64,000 bases of DNA from Hydrolagus colliei (taxonomy: Eukaryota): the NCBI GenBank assembly GCA_035084275.1, contig CM068759.1, positions 2,542,001 through 2,606,000 on the forward strand, read 5' to 3'. Below are positions 1 to 13,800 of this stretch, piece by piece (position 1 is the first letter of the stretch; each line of letters opens with the position of its first letter). The translations under genes and the position numbers were made by a program. The notes under the pieces were generated by a model. That model was not told the origin of the DNA. It made no database searches and saw only the letters and a list, made by a program, of their open reading frames with translations.

Positions 1-2174
1 CCTTTTCAGTGGTAACATTCCAGTGAGTGCTATAACATACTAATAAAATTCAGAACTAAGGATTGGTAGTTTTTTTTTAACTTTTAAAAAATAATAATTT
101 TTTTGTGGGTAAAACACAGCAGCCAATTGCGCACAGCAGTGTTCCACAACAACAACAACAATAATAACAATCCTTGCATTTGTATTAAGAGGACATCCCA
201 AGTGCCTCACAGAATAAAGTGTAAAGTTCAATGAATGCGCTTTTCGCGGATAAGCTTTGGATACAAGTGCAGCAAAAGGACACAAGCAATGTAGTACGTA
301 CATATATGAAGGAGGATGGAATAGAGGGGATTCAAAGGGCTCATGTGGAGTAAAAACACCAGCAAAGACTAATATGGCTGAATGGCCTGTTTTGTGCTAT
401 ATAGAGTACTCCACTGTGTTATGTAGTACAGTATATAGTATTAGATTCGGCAAACTATTTTCTCTTCTCAATTTGCAATAGCACACATTTCTCATGACTT
501 ACCTACATACGGGAGATCAATAGGCAAATTGCAATAAATGCAATGAGGCAAGAAAGAGCAGCCTTTCCGTGTACATGGACCATCAAATCTTTAGTGTTAA
601 CACCATCTCTCAGATACAGCAACTGACCATTATTGAGTTGTAGGCAGTTAATTCTCTTAATTTTCCTTTAAAACTCGTGCTGCTCATTACATCCAATCCC
701 CGATGGACCTTCAGATTCAGCAATAAGAAGAAACTGAAACATAAAATTTTGTTGGCACACATATCTGTTTGTATTTCTGAGAGAGAAATTTCGCTTTAAA
801 ATTTGCAGCGTGCAAAATGCACAGTTTATTTTTCTAAATGCTTTGGGCATCGCAGTTGAATTGTATTGTAACATAACTGAGAGCTTTGTAATAAATGTAA
901 GGTGTGAGTGAAGGATAGCCTGTAGAATACTAAGTACTAACAACTACTACTGAAAATTCAGCTTTTGTATTAACACTTAGGGGTGTAATTAGTTATGTTT
1001 CATTATGTATTATAGGTGGCAATGTTGTGTTATCATCTAGCATGTTATCAAATGCTGCTAATTTCAACCCTAAACCTCTCTAAGGGGTTGCTTAATGATA
1101 TTAATTTATAATAATCCTTACATTTGATCGAGGCTTTCACTTCAGGAGGATGTCTTAAAGTGCTTCCTAACATGTCCTATACTGTAAAGTGTATGGACTG
1201 TGTGTGTGTTTACAGACAAACGCTTAACGATGCAAAAGTAAAACTTTTTAAAAAGGTAGTATTCCTAGTGTTGCCTCACCAACCGTGCTGTGCATTTAAT
1301 TACTGTGAATGATTCTGAGCCATATTCCCCTGGTAACAACACTCCGCGTGCACTCATTAGTTTGTTCTACCTGAGTTGCCATGACATCATTTTTTGTGGT
1401 CATTTACATAAAAGTCATGGGCTGAGCAGATACTCAACAAAGCTTTCAGCTTATCACATTCTACTGTCTTATTAACCCCATCATTTTCCAACGAGAATTT
1501 TTCAATTCCAGCAAAATCCAGTTTTCAAATAATAGTATAAATCCCTCCGATTGTATAAGCAAATGCGCTGAGACTGTTGCCCATGACTGGTTTGTAAAGA
1601 AATTAGTTTCATTGTCAGTTTCCTGCTACTGTTTAAGGCCCACCTCAAAATCTATTGCTGCAAACGCTGTTAGTTTGTTGGGAAGTCACTCTACCAGAAC
1701 TCCCAGAATTCAAGTCTTATGTTTAGTAGCTTTAGCAAAATCTAATATCGGAATTTACCAGTTTCATTGTTTGCTTACGTTAAGGAAGCAAATCAGATTC
1801 TAACAATAGAGAAAATCAAAAGATTTTTCTGTAATCAGAGGGTTTCAGTTTACCAGTAACACCAAATGAAGCATTCGTACAATGCTGATTTCTGAATGGG
1901 AGGTATTCAGACTTGAGGAATCAATTTGCACAAATTCTCCCAACGTGCTCGGAGTGAACCGATGGATTACCTGTTATGATGGCCAAAGCACAAATGCAGC
2001 AATCCAACTGATAACAAAAAATCTGTACATTTGGGTGCAGTGCCTATGTCAAGTATATCGTATGTGTATTTAGTCGAACACAGTAGCCAAGTTGTAACCA
2101 ATACTGCGGTAAATGATAAATTTCACTAGAGGATTGTTGGGCCAGGCCGCAGTGGAAAAACGCTTGTTTCTGAA

Positions 2175-2390
2175 AATGCCAACGGCATCTTTACCATCCA
2201 CCTGAACAGCCGGGCAGCACCTCAGGTTAGCGTGTTATTTGAAGGGTGGCTTCTCTGACAATGTGGAGTTCCACCAGCACTATATACATTATCAGCCTAG
2301 ATTTTGAGCTCTTCATAGTCTAGGCTGATAGTGAGGCTTCAACCTAGAAACTTCAGACTACAAGACAAGAGACAAACTGATATCACTGCC
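2175..2390 (-). mobile_element. Older, diverged DeuSINE (SacSINE1/AmnSINE-like) 5' half
   Basis: atgcc..ggcatctttaccatccacctg..ggttagcgtg..ctgacaatg..tcagcctagattttgagctc..cttcagact resembles the DeuSINE head/Deu consensus as recalled. Confidence 0.6.
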
Positions 2391-3935
2391 ACAGGGTGGG
2401 TTTACTCTGAGAGACTTTGCCGCTGCTTTCCCCTGTATTGTTTTTCCAACAAAGCACTTAAATTGTTGCTGCAGAGGCAGCGCCTTTCGAAACATCGTGA
2501 AGCTGAAAAATCCTAAATGTTTGATTTAAAGCAAAGGATGGAAAATTACATTAGCTCGTCGAAGTCTGCTCAAATGAGGATTGATTCTTTTTACATTTAG
2601 CCTCAAGGATTGTGAACTGATTGAGGAGACAATGCCTTTATGTGTTTTAAGTAGAAATGGGGGGAGGGAAATGGGGAGAAAGAGAGAGGGAGAGGAGAAA
2701 GAGTTTGGGAGCACAGTTTAGTATGGATGTAAAGTGTTAGCGCCAAGGCAGTAGATTGTCTGAGATTTCTGTGGTCTGGCTCCTTAAAGCTGAGAATATA
2801 ATTGGCATGCCAATCACAGTCTTGCAATGCCTAGCAATTCTGTGGGAAAGGATGCAAAGTAACTCCATTGAATCCTTGATTTGATATAAAGCCACAAGCC
2901 ATAACCCAGTGGCCTTTTTCCATTAGTGGCAAGTCTTTTTGATTGCATGCAGTATTTTCCCCCCCCAACCAAAAAAAAACTTAGACTGGAGAATCGTGGC
3001 TGATAGACCAAATTATTGGTCAGCGTAACAGAAAAAGTTTTGGACAATTAACTATAATGTTCAAGGAATGGCTGGAAAGTACCCTGGTGAAGTGTCTGTG
3101 CCTGCGATTTCAGTGCCTTGCAGTCCGCTCTTTTCAGAGAAGCGAAAGAAGCATTTGTTTTTAACAATGTATTGGCTTTCTAATGGAAGATACAACTCTT
3201 GTTTCATTACTTTAAAAGAAATAAAATGGACTGCATTATTTGGCATACGCCATCCTGTATTAAATTATACTGGGATTGCCTTTAAATTGGATCGGAGAAG
3301 GCAACTAGGAATCTAACAGCTGCTAAACACATTGCATTAAATGATGGCTTATCAATAATATGTTGGTGGTTATTGGGCCTGTTAATAGGAAATGCAGCAA
3401 CCATGACAGTACTGCTGAGGTGTAGCATTTGGTTAAGAGGCAACTGCTTACAGGGGGATGATATTTTATCGTTTCACTGTAACAGTTCAGTTCGTATTCC
3501 TTAATAAGGATTTTGAGTTGCAAATTGCGACTTCATTTGATGGATGAAGAAGCGAATTTTTCAGAGGAAAAGTCTGGCACGCAAAGTGATCAAAATCACT
3601 GGTGACTGACTGGTCACTCAGCCTGTGAAATGTTTGTGATTTTAAAACACTTTCATTTATTCCGAAAATCTGTACAATAGATCAAATGCAAAGATTATTA
3701 TTATACGGAGGGTTTGCTTTGGAGCATTTGGGATTTGCAAGATACTGTACTCCTCCAGTGAATCAGAAATAATCGTCTAATATCTCAAACAATACTGAAA
3801 AGAGATGACCCATTCATTTGTATTCACTGTTCAGCACCTTGGGACGTCCTCCCGACGTGAAAGGCGCTCTATAAATGTAAATTGTTGTTGTTGTTGATGT
3901 ACACGTCTTTCGTTTTCTATTCCAGATCACCTTTC

Positions 3936-3937
<2 letters not shown>

Positions 3938-3976
<39 letters not shown>
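3938..3976. repeat. (ATT)n microsatellite
   Basis: Direct reading. Confidence 0.92.
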
Positions 3977-6900
3977 GGGATTATTTCACAAGTGGGCAAG
4001 TAGACACGATGGTTGCAACATTTCTGACCATTCCCTAACAACTCCCCTAACCCAATGGCGTTCTCAATCCTCTATGCAATGGGGGCACAGGTCTTATCTT
4101 CTCCCCTGTGTGTAGGTACCAGCGAGAGGAAAACGGATGAGTGACACAAGCAGCTTTCGCCAAATGCGGGGCTCGGGAAGGCAGATCTTTATAATGCTTC
4201 GTGGGCAAAGTCAGCACAACTCATTTGCAAATTTATTGCTTGTTGGTTATGTTGTCGGATTCATTTATGGGGTACGAATGCTTTACGACCGCCTTGGGTG
4301 CTACTAAGGCTCGCGTTTTATCGCCCCAGTCTATTACGTTTAGAATTATACTGGCAGCCTTGCAAACTGAGGAATTTTCCAAGGTGTTTCCTGGTGCCCA
4401 CAAAGTCACCAGTAGGACACCAGCCATCAATTGCTACAATCACTGCACTTTAGAGTATATCCCGTGAAGGGCTTTGCGACGTCCTCCTGACTTGACTAGC
4501 TCTGTATCAAAATCTAAGGATTAGTTTCATTATGGTTGTTCAGTCTCAGCTTGCAGACTGCTGGATATCGGTGAAAATGATTATTTTGGCCGGGATTGCC
4601 CGTAATTTGTTTTTCTAGCCTGCTTTTGGCAGCCGCTTGAATTGTCAGATGTTTTAACGGAGGTGGAAAATACAATATGTCATGACTGATGTGTCTCAGT
4701 TGGCAATGCTTACCTTTGGCTCAGAAGGTTTCCAGGTTTACCTCAATACGATGACCCATGGAATCGTTACAGTGTCACTAACCCTGGAAATATTAACTTG
4801 TAATCTTGCAGATCGGAACCAACTGTACAACATTGAATGTTGAAAATTTTAAATCAAGTGTTTTTACAGTAGCATTTTACAATGTCCAGAAGATAATCCA
4901 GCTGGAATCCAGTCCAGAGGTCACCAGATTTTAAAGGCAAAATCTTGTATTAAGCTGTGCACAAGAGATATAATAACGGGGCCACACACTAGAATTACAA
5001 CAGACAAAAGAGTTTGACAGGAATACATTTTTACAATGTAAATGCCAGAACATTGTGCAACTATAAAGCTTAATTGACATCATAAAAGTAAGGAGGCAGC
5101 GTTGTAAATGTGAATATTTCATTGTGTGTGTGTGTGCGCCCATGATTTTCAGATTTTCTGTTTGAATCATTGCAAAACACAGTATCACTAAAGAAGCGAT
5201 TTATTCATCAGCGGTACAAAATATAGCTACACAGCTGTACTTTCCACAGCCCTATAGTGTCTGCTTTGGATGCTGCGTGCAGCTGACCCTATTTTCATCT
5301 GCTAGTAATGTCTGTCTACTCTGCAAGTCTGACTGAATTTAGTTCACTTCACCTCAGTAAATCAGTTTCATAAACTGTTGGAATTTGCTGGTGCTCAATG
5401 GCTGAGCTGCCTGATATTGTTTTTATTACCTTGTCAGACTGAACGATTTTAGGCAGACCACGCTAGGTTTTGTGCAATGTGAGCCGCATATGGAACATGG
5501 TGTAACCAGAAGGCAAATCATCTTTGGGGCCGAAACTGATTTTGTTACGGTTTTATTATAATTTATTACAGATATAGGCACATTTCAGCATTGTGTACAG
5601 ATGGTGGAAAAAAGCATTGTGTGTGTGAGTGGCATCTAATTGGGGTTTTGAGTTAAACGCACCAAAAGTGTAGCAGAAACAAATTAAGAAAAACCCATTT
5701 GGGTATAATGGAGTGTTTTACGGTTGCATTTTACATTGGCCAGAAGATAATCGGCTATTTGTTGCAGTGCCAGGAATTTAATGAAAGCAAGCTATTTGCT
5801 GTAACAATTATCAGCAATTGAAAATAACTTGTGGTCTGCTCAGCAGACTCCAGACACTAACTACAGTGACTACTTTCTTGTCTCTCACCTGTGCCACAGA
5901 AAAGGTGGAAAGGCACTTGGTTTTAATGGCAGTGGATTTTTTTTTCCCCTCCCCGCAAAAAACAAACGCAGTATTCTGCCTTATTGGTCAAAGCGATTTT
6001 CTGTCAGAATAAACAGCTGGAGTTCTGTTCTGCTGGGCGACGGCTCCAGCTGTTTCTGATGTGAGCTAATCTCATCTGCCATCGCACTGTCTGAATGTGA
6101 GGAGCGCTGATGAATGGGATAGTGGCCCTCGAATCTATTCTAGTGCCAGACTGCAGGTGGGCTTTTATAGGTAGCCCGCCTTTGCACTTCTCGCTCACAG
6201 TCAAAATGACATTCCTGAGTGGACAGCAGGCCCACTAATCTGCCTCACATAAAACAGCATTAAAAACACTTGGAATTTACAGCAAAGTATGTGCATATGG
6301 TAATTATTGTCTGACAGGTTATTAGTCATATGAATCACAATATTAATGATTCTTCCACTAATAAATCCTGCTTAAAGCAAACCTCCTAGTCTTGTGGAAT
6401 CACTCTGAACCATGGTTATATGATGTAGCAGTGAATGGAATTGTTTTTTAAATGGCGAAAGGTAAAGTGGGTGAAGTTACTCTCGGTATAAATGGACAGT
6501 TGAAATTTGTTTCACTGGGTCAGGAGTGGACTTTTTAAGTAAGTTTCCGAAAGTGTTTTGTTGCTACGGTGCTAGAATCCTATTGCACCCAAGTGTATTG
6601 GTATATCCTGTCTGTAGTGAACCCGAAAATGAGCAGATTTGCAATGGAGGCTACTCAGATAACATCAAGGTAGCTTCAATCTCTTTGAAGCTTTCTTGTT
6701 TTTAGATATATATATATTAAAAAAAACTTATCCACAGAAGAGTCAGTAGATAATACACCACCAAAATGTTCTGTGGACTATGGAGGCTTTATCAATCAAC
6801 CCAATGGCTCTCTCTACTACAATCAACCGGAACACCTAAGGTTCATTAAATCTACATTCATTTATATGGATTTGCAGCTGTGCCCTACTGCACTTCATTT

Positions 6901-8470
6901 ATCATGTTAGCAACCAATTATGCATGCAGAAATCAGCCTGAGTCCGTTGTTTCAAACCATTATGAAAATTTCTCCTCCTGACAGATGTGGACAATGAGTA
7001 ATTAATAGGTTACTGACAGGCCTGTGCTTAAGCCTGCTTTCTTTTTATGTGCGATATGCCTTTTATTTAAACAAATTCTTCCCGTTATCTAACGTTAATC
7101 TGTTTCCCACCTAGAGTGATGAAAGCCACTTAATTTGCAGCTACTGTTGGCGATCACAAAACCCAGTACCCTCTGGATTATAAGGGGTTAAGGGGTTATT
7201 CCCTCTGCGGCAAGTTATTTATACATTTGGGGTTCGTCCTTAACCTTTTTCGAGTGCTTCATTCCTTTCCACCATTTGTAATGTTTATCTGTTTTTCAAT
7301 GCTGATTATTAACAAGTCAACATTAAAACAACCTACATTTGATGTAAACCTACAGAGTGATGGCATTAGTTTCTCCGCTAAAGTATTGAGATGCAGACAT
7401 ATTGTGCCTTAAAATGCCCTTGTCCGCAATTTTCTCTGTTGGAAGTTCTCAAGCTCAGCTAGGCATTGTCCAGAGATTTGTGCAGTGTAAAGGTAGGCGC
7501 ATTTGGTCAATAAAATGCGGCACACATCTACTTCGGCATCAAGGTTACTTCAGTGTTATTCAGATTCTCAGAGGATTAAAGACTAGTCTAATACAGGTGA
7601 CATTTTTTAAATATATATTGTTCCCGAGCATTTAAATCCTTAGTCCAGTCAGTGTACAAAATAAATCTTGCCTTATCTGCTGGATAGAGCAGCCACACAG
7701 TAGTAAATGCCTCAGCATGACCTCCAGGTTAGGGCACATCAGTCATTACAAGTGCATGTTTAGTAGCTAAAGCAGAGAAATTAAGCCAGTACATTTGCTG
7801 GGGCTTGGGATATTGAGCTCATGTGACTGACAGAGACTGAAAGAGCAGAGAGGCAATACTGCAAGCTCTATAGATAGGAGCTGCAGTGAGGATTCAACTC
7901 TTGAGCAGATGAGGTATGAAGATTTGGGCAGTACTTCGAAATACCTCGCAGTACATTGATGAAGAAATATAGTTTTTTTTCCCCCTTTCCCTTGAACACA
8001 GCTCGGTGTGAGGAGTGTAAGAATGTGATTTGCAGAGAAGGTGGTGCTTCGGAGAAGTGCCTTTTGCTCAGATGCCCGGGTTATGCTCAGCAAGTTAAAG
8101 GTATGCAGTTTCGTTTATCTGCAGGAAATGATTTCACATAATAACCGGTTTTAGTGTAGAAGCTACACATTATTTGCCGGATTTAGAAAGGTTACTGAGA
8201 AAAATAGTAATGTAGCAAAAATGGCACAGTCGTATAAAATTGAACTGAATTATTAAAGCTTCCAGGCTAATGGAGGGTGGTTAAGCAAAGTCACTAATGT
8301 GGGGCTCAGATGTGCCTGCCTTTATTTTTAACAAGTATTCTCAGCATGAGAGCTGCTGTAGCTTACCTGTGGATTATGGAAGCCAAAGAAATGATAGAAA
8401 GAGCTGGGTGGAGGTGCTGTGAGGGTGATGACCACAGCTATAACTATGTGCTAGTTCAGTTTCCAGCAGT

Positions 8471-8784
8471 ACCTTCGCTCCTCCAGTTCTGCTCTCCTCC
8501 TTAATCCCCGAATCCTCCGCTCCACCATCGGCGTCCGTGCCTTCAGCCACTACGCCCCAAAGCTCTGGAAATCCCTTCCTCATTCCCTTCACCTCGCTCC
8601 CCCCCCCCCACCCCAACCTCTCTTCCTAGTTTCAGGTCTTGGCTAAAGACCTTTCTTTTTGACCGCGTCTTCGGTCACCTTTTTCCCCCTGCCTCTGGCT
8701 CGGGCCCAGGATCCGTTATTGTGAAGCGCTCTGAGACGCCATCCGCCGCCGAGGGCGCCATATAAATCAAAGTTGTTGTTGTTG
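8471..8784 (+). mobile_element. L2-clade LINE 3' fragment
   Basis: Translates RSSSSALLLNPRILRSTIGVRAFSHYAPKLWKSLP..SLPSFRSWLKTFLFDRVF; tail gtgaagcgctctgagacg..gggcgccatataaatcaaa(gtt)n. Confidence 0.88.
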
Positions 8785-10182
8785 CTATTTATTTGACGGG
8801 CTGGTCATATATAATACATTCACCTGTTATTTTATTGGCATGAGTGCTGTTAGTTCGTAAAGTGCCCTTTGGGCGGGGTATAGAAGCTGTATATTGCTAC
8901 CGTTTGCATTTATCTAGTGCCCTTAACACAGGTAGCGTCTTGGAGCACTGATGTATTACTAAATTATTATTATTATGATGGATAGCGAAGCAGAGCAGAA
9001 CCAAGGTGCACTTAGAGTATCTGGACATCTTAACCATCTGCTGTGTTGATCATTTTCGCTTCCTGTTTATAAAGAGTTGAGTGTTTCCGTACAGATGTGT
9101 TCTGAGACCAATTTTGTAAAGACCTTAGACACCCGTTTTTTTCACGTGGAAGGTACTCTATTAATGTATGTTGTTGCTGCTGCTGCACATTTTGCCACAA
9201 ACACAGGATGAGCAGCTCAGTATTGCACGGAGCACAATACTAAGACCACCTTAAAAATATGTTTTCGACAGCAAGTGGACGCAAACAGCTGCAGTATTAA
9301 TGCATTACAGTATTAATGCTTATAGACCTGTGTGTTCTGGACTGTTGGCTGTGTTTTTTAATGTGGTTGTTAAAGAGTTGGATGCGCAGAAGTCTAAAAC
9401 CAATGTGTGTTATTTAACAGCCTTTAGATCCTTCTGATAAGGAGGGAGGGGTATAATTCAGCCCTACTGCTGTGAGCCATTATATTGCTTTGTGGTTAGC
9501 AGTTATAAGAGAAGTATAGTACTGAATGCTGTGCACAGACACAGTGGGTTAGAGCTCCCAAGTCTTGTGCCGTAGGGTTTCGCTTGGAATCTTGATTGCA
9601 ATTTCTCAGATGATGAGTGTGTGATGCCTTCCTGAATGTCAATTCTGCTTTAGTGCAAGAAACACTATTGATTTTTCAGCCCGTTTGTGCCCATTGAACA
9701 GCATTTATTGAATACTTTGCACTCACTTAACTTTCAAACCTAATTTTTATTGAATTATATGGATACAATTTTTCCCTTCAGTCTTGGCCACTTGTATGCA
9801 TGCAGTTATTTTCTTCTCCCCCACCCACACACTCGCGTGCGCACACACACACACACTCTCATACCATGAAGTTCAAATCCACATGTAGTTTTATGTAAAA
9901 TTTCTGGCAGAAGAAATAAGAAGTGTATGTGTGTATAATTGGAACGGAAAACTTGTTTTTGGAATATATATGCTCAACCTGGTGATTTTTGCCCTGATTC
10001 TAAGGTATTGCAATTTTCTGAAAAGAAGGCACCATTATTTTATACCAATTATTTTCCAAATGGAAGACTTTTCTCTGCAGCTCATGAAGTCTGCACACAA
10101 GATGCTTCTAAGGGTTAGTCTGTATGAAAATCTGATGTCTGTTGTCAGAGCCCAGGAATAATCCAATTTTAGTGAATCACAT

Positions 10183-10293
10183 TAATAATAACCCTTGCAT
10201 TTGATATAGTGCCTTATCGCGTCATTAAGATGTCTCGAAGCATTTCAAAGAATATATTGTAAAGTGGTTTAACTGTATTATGTGGGTGAAACG
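10183..10293 (-). mobile_element. SINE 3' tail fragment
   Basis: aataacccttgcatttgatatagtgcc...tgtgggtgaaacg. Confidence 0.8.
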
Positions 10294-10626
10294 TCAAACT
10301 CAATTTTTATTGAATTATGTGGGTGCAATTTTTCACTTATACCCATGCACACAGTTATTACCACATACACACACACTTACCACCCCCTCCCATGCCATGA
10401 AATCACGTTGATTATATATTTTTGTTCTATTACATAAGTTTCATGTAGGTTTTTGATGTCTGATTTTTTTTCTACATGGTAAATCTCTGCTGGGCGGAAT
10501 TGTTACTGTCAATTCTGTTGCAGTGAGCGTGAGTAAAAGGTCACTGCATGGTGGGCAGACAAAAAGGTCAACTTTTCATTTACCAAGTGAAAAGCTGCAT
10601 TGACTGCTTTGTTTTATCTATTGCAG

Positions 10627-10687
10627 AACTGAAAGCGAACCCAGCAAAGAAGAAATACTTTCCTTCCTCGGGTGGACGTGAGGCACA
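10627..10687 (+). other. SULF2: 5' UTR portion of the first coding exon (exon 2); upstream non-coding exon not seen in window
   Basis: Pyrimidine-rich tract ending ttgcag at 10626, 61 nt before ATG 10688; no ATG in this segment. Confidence 0.7.
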
Positions 10688-10862
10688 ATGTGGCGATCAT
10701 GCCGGGCGCTGGGCTTGGCCGCGTTGTGTGTTGTTGTGGCTCTAGTGACTCCAGGATCCGCTGTCCTGTCTCAGCGTTTGAAAGGCCGCTTCCAGCAAGA
10801 TCGCAGGAACATCAGACCCAACATCATCCTCATTTACACGGACGATCAGGACGTTGAGCTTG
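10688..10862 (+). CDS. SULF2: SULF2 exon 2 coding part: signal peptide [25 protein letters not shown], then ...[18 protein letters not shown]
   Basis: ATG with A at -3; hydrophobic leader; sulfatase metal-binding DD motif; donor G|gtaag at 10863; 175 nt. Confidence 0.97.
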
Positions 10863-13800
10863 GTAAGATGGACGACATATTATTCTAATGGCATGTTATT
10901 CACAACCTGCTTTGTTCTGCAGCAAACACCACTTCCTTTTCCCCCCTTTTTTATATTCTACATGAACCTCAATCCATTCGGATCCCCCACCCTCTCCCCA
11001 CGCGCCTCCATTCCGTTTAACGCATTCATTCTCACTGCCTTCTGTGTGAGGAAGTTCCTCCTAAACTTTCTTTAAGATGTGGAAGGACGACGAAAAATCA
11101 TTGCCGAGTTGCGAATTCCACCCCCATTCGTTTTAAACGTTGCCCGTTTTTTAAATACCAAAAGGACACCCCAGCAATGAATAAACAAAAAGCTTTCAGA
11201 AACCAAACAGAGGTGAGTGTTTCCGCGTGACGGAACGCGAGATAAAATCTCCAATCCCTTTATATCACAGCACACGGATGATTCAACTGAATATCAAATC
11301 TTTGCGATTTCAGATCATTCCTTCAATCGATGGAACATTTAATGCACATCGGAAAAAAAGTACATTCCCCCCAAAATTGTCACTTAACTTAAACATCTAA
11401 AACTACTCCTTCCTTCCTCGCTGGTCTAATTCTAACCCAAATTTGCATTCATTTCCTCCTCGTTCCATGTGTCTGGCATCACATCATCCACCAGCTGAGA
11501 AGGTGGGATGCTTCCTGCTGTGGATTTCTGCATGGCTTGTACTCAGTGACTCCCACTGATCAGCCCGCAGCAAGTGTGACTCAAGTTCAGAGAGTTAAGC
11601 AGGACGCCTCTTGTTTACCTCCGCTACACCACTCTACACTCTTCTTCTTCTTCTTCTTCTTCTTCTTCGTGTGTGCATCAAGTTGTCTCTTAAATTTGTT
11701 GATGCTCCTTGCTTCAAACAAGGTTTCCGGACGCGTATATTCTTTCTACTCGGTGTACCTTCTCACTATCGAAAGGGTTGAGCGGGAAGGATTCATTTCA
11801 CACAGTTAAAATAACCAACTCGTGGCCACTCATTACTGTGAAGATTGGTTCGCGGAGATGTTGTTGTGTGATGCGTTCGACAGAGAAGCCTCACAATGCG
11901 CAATGATTTTCAAAAATCTGATGTGAATGTCTTTTAGGTTCCGTGCAAGTGATGAATAAGACCAAAAAGATCATGGAGCAAGGAGGAGCCCATTTCACCA
12001 ACGCTTTTGTGACAACACCCATGTGCTGTCCTTCGAGGTCCTCTATGCTCACGGGGAAATATGTCCACAATCACAACACCTACACAAACAACGAGAACTG
12101 CTCGTCCCCTTCCTGGCAGACCACACATGAGGCTCACACGTTCGCTGTGTATCTGAACAACACTGGATACAGGACAGGTATGTTGTTTCTCAGCTGTGAA
12201 GCTCCTTGAGATGTCCTCCTGATATGAGGGGCACTAAATCAAATGCGGGGATTATTGTTGTTGTTTGCTGTCAACAACGTCCCACAAACGTTTGACTATT
12301 GACTTGGAGGTGATAATAATGACTAATTGAAGTGTATTTGAAGTGGAATGACTGAATTTGTAGGCTAACATCAACAAAATTAGGTGGAAATTTCTTTGAG
12401 ACATTTTGGGGGCCTCAAAATGTAAGTTCTTCCTTTTTTGTTTCTTTTTGTTTATCTCAGTTTTCACCTTTTCTTATATCTTCCAAATCCGTTCGCAAGC
12501 AGATACTTACTCAAGTGCGTTTTGAAGGTACGCAATATTCACTGCCTCTAGCTTTAACTGGATTAGTGGCATCAGTAAATTGAATGCTGTCACATGCCTT
12601 CCCCAAGTGGCTCCATCATTATGCCGGTAGAACAAAGCTTGTATGCTTTAGTTTACTCTAATGACCTACTTGAAGTTATTTCTCAATAGTATCAGGAGGA
12701 AATCAAATGAAACCAAAAGGTCCCTGAAGATATTGCCGGAAATATATCATTGCCTTGCTTGCTTGCTTGCTTGCCAATAACAACATAGCATGTTAATGTT
12801 AGAAAACACACATGATGTCCTCTCTAATTGTTCATCGAATGAAAGAAGGGAACTTCTTTCCGTTACAGAACGGATCCCGATTAGCGTAAATAGAATAATT
12901 CATGACACTACGTCAGGCTGTGATGGCTTGATACGTTTCCTGGAACCTTTATTATTTAGTGTGTTGAGATACTTTTCAAATGTTATTTTTAGACAGACAA
13001 CCATGGCGTTTCTTCCCCACACACACCCCCACCCCTCTCAGAACCTCTTTACATAAACAGAATGAGTGAATATCAATTGTAGAATCATGTATTAGAGATT
13101 TTTGAAGTTCACCATTCCTACAATTGAATACAAAAGTGTATCCTACATTACGGCTACACAGCAGTATTGAAACCTTACCTGTGTCACCCCGCAGTGAATG
13201 ACTTTATAGTAGAATTTTGACACATTTCTGGCTGTGCTAAGGAAAAACAGACAGCAACAAACTCAGAAATGATAAAAGTTTTAAAAATTGCCATTTTATT
13301 GAGCAAGTATATAGACTTTATGCTTCCTTATGGGTTCCTTGTCCTTTGATAAGAGAGAGAAGGGAGCAAAATACAAGGCATGCAAAAGGTCATCTACAAA
13401 TATGTGCATTTTAAAGGGCTTTGTCTAGCCAGACCAGTTTTCAGACAGACTAACAATCCAACTAGGCAAACACCCCAGTTGGGTAATATGATAATCCTTT
13501 GTCAGAATTAAGAGCTAGCTCAATTACAACCCACACAAAGTTAGTTTCTCCTAAAATCCAAACTCTCTGTTTCGTCATCACCATTTTCGAAGGTGTGTTC
13601 ATAACATTTTGTAAAAAGAAATTGACAAGGCTTTTTTTCTTCATAAAAAAAATCCCAGTATGTTATACGTTTGGCTTCTTGTGCCTTATTGTTAGTTCAT
13701 ATATTAAACTCTATCTTGTGTAAAGATTACACGTGATACCAAATTAAGTAAATCTATGGAAACTGGACTCAGAGAACCTCAAAATGTCAAAATCATGGTG

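Noticed and set aside
2801-2814. Palindrome attggcatgccaat as an NFI site
   Set aside because: The spacer is 2 nt, not the 5 nt of TTGGC(N5)GCCAA, and palindromes this short are expected by chance.
1-10626. SULF2 promoter or exon 1 inside the window
   Set aside because: No CpG island or convincing first-exon donor seen; the region is most simply intron 1, though a weak alternative first exon cannot be excluded.
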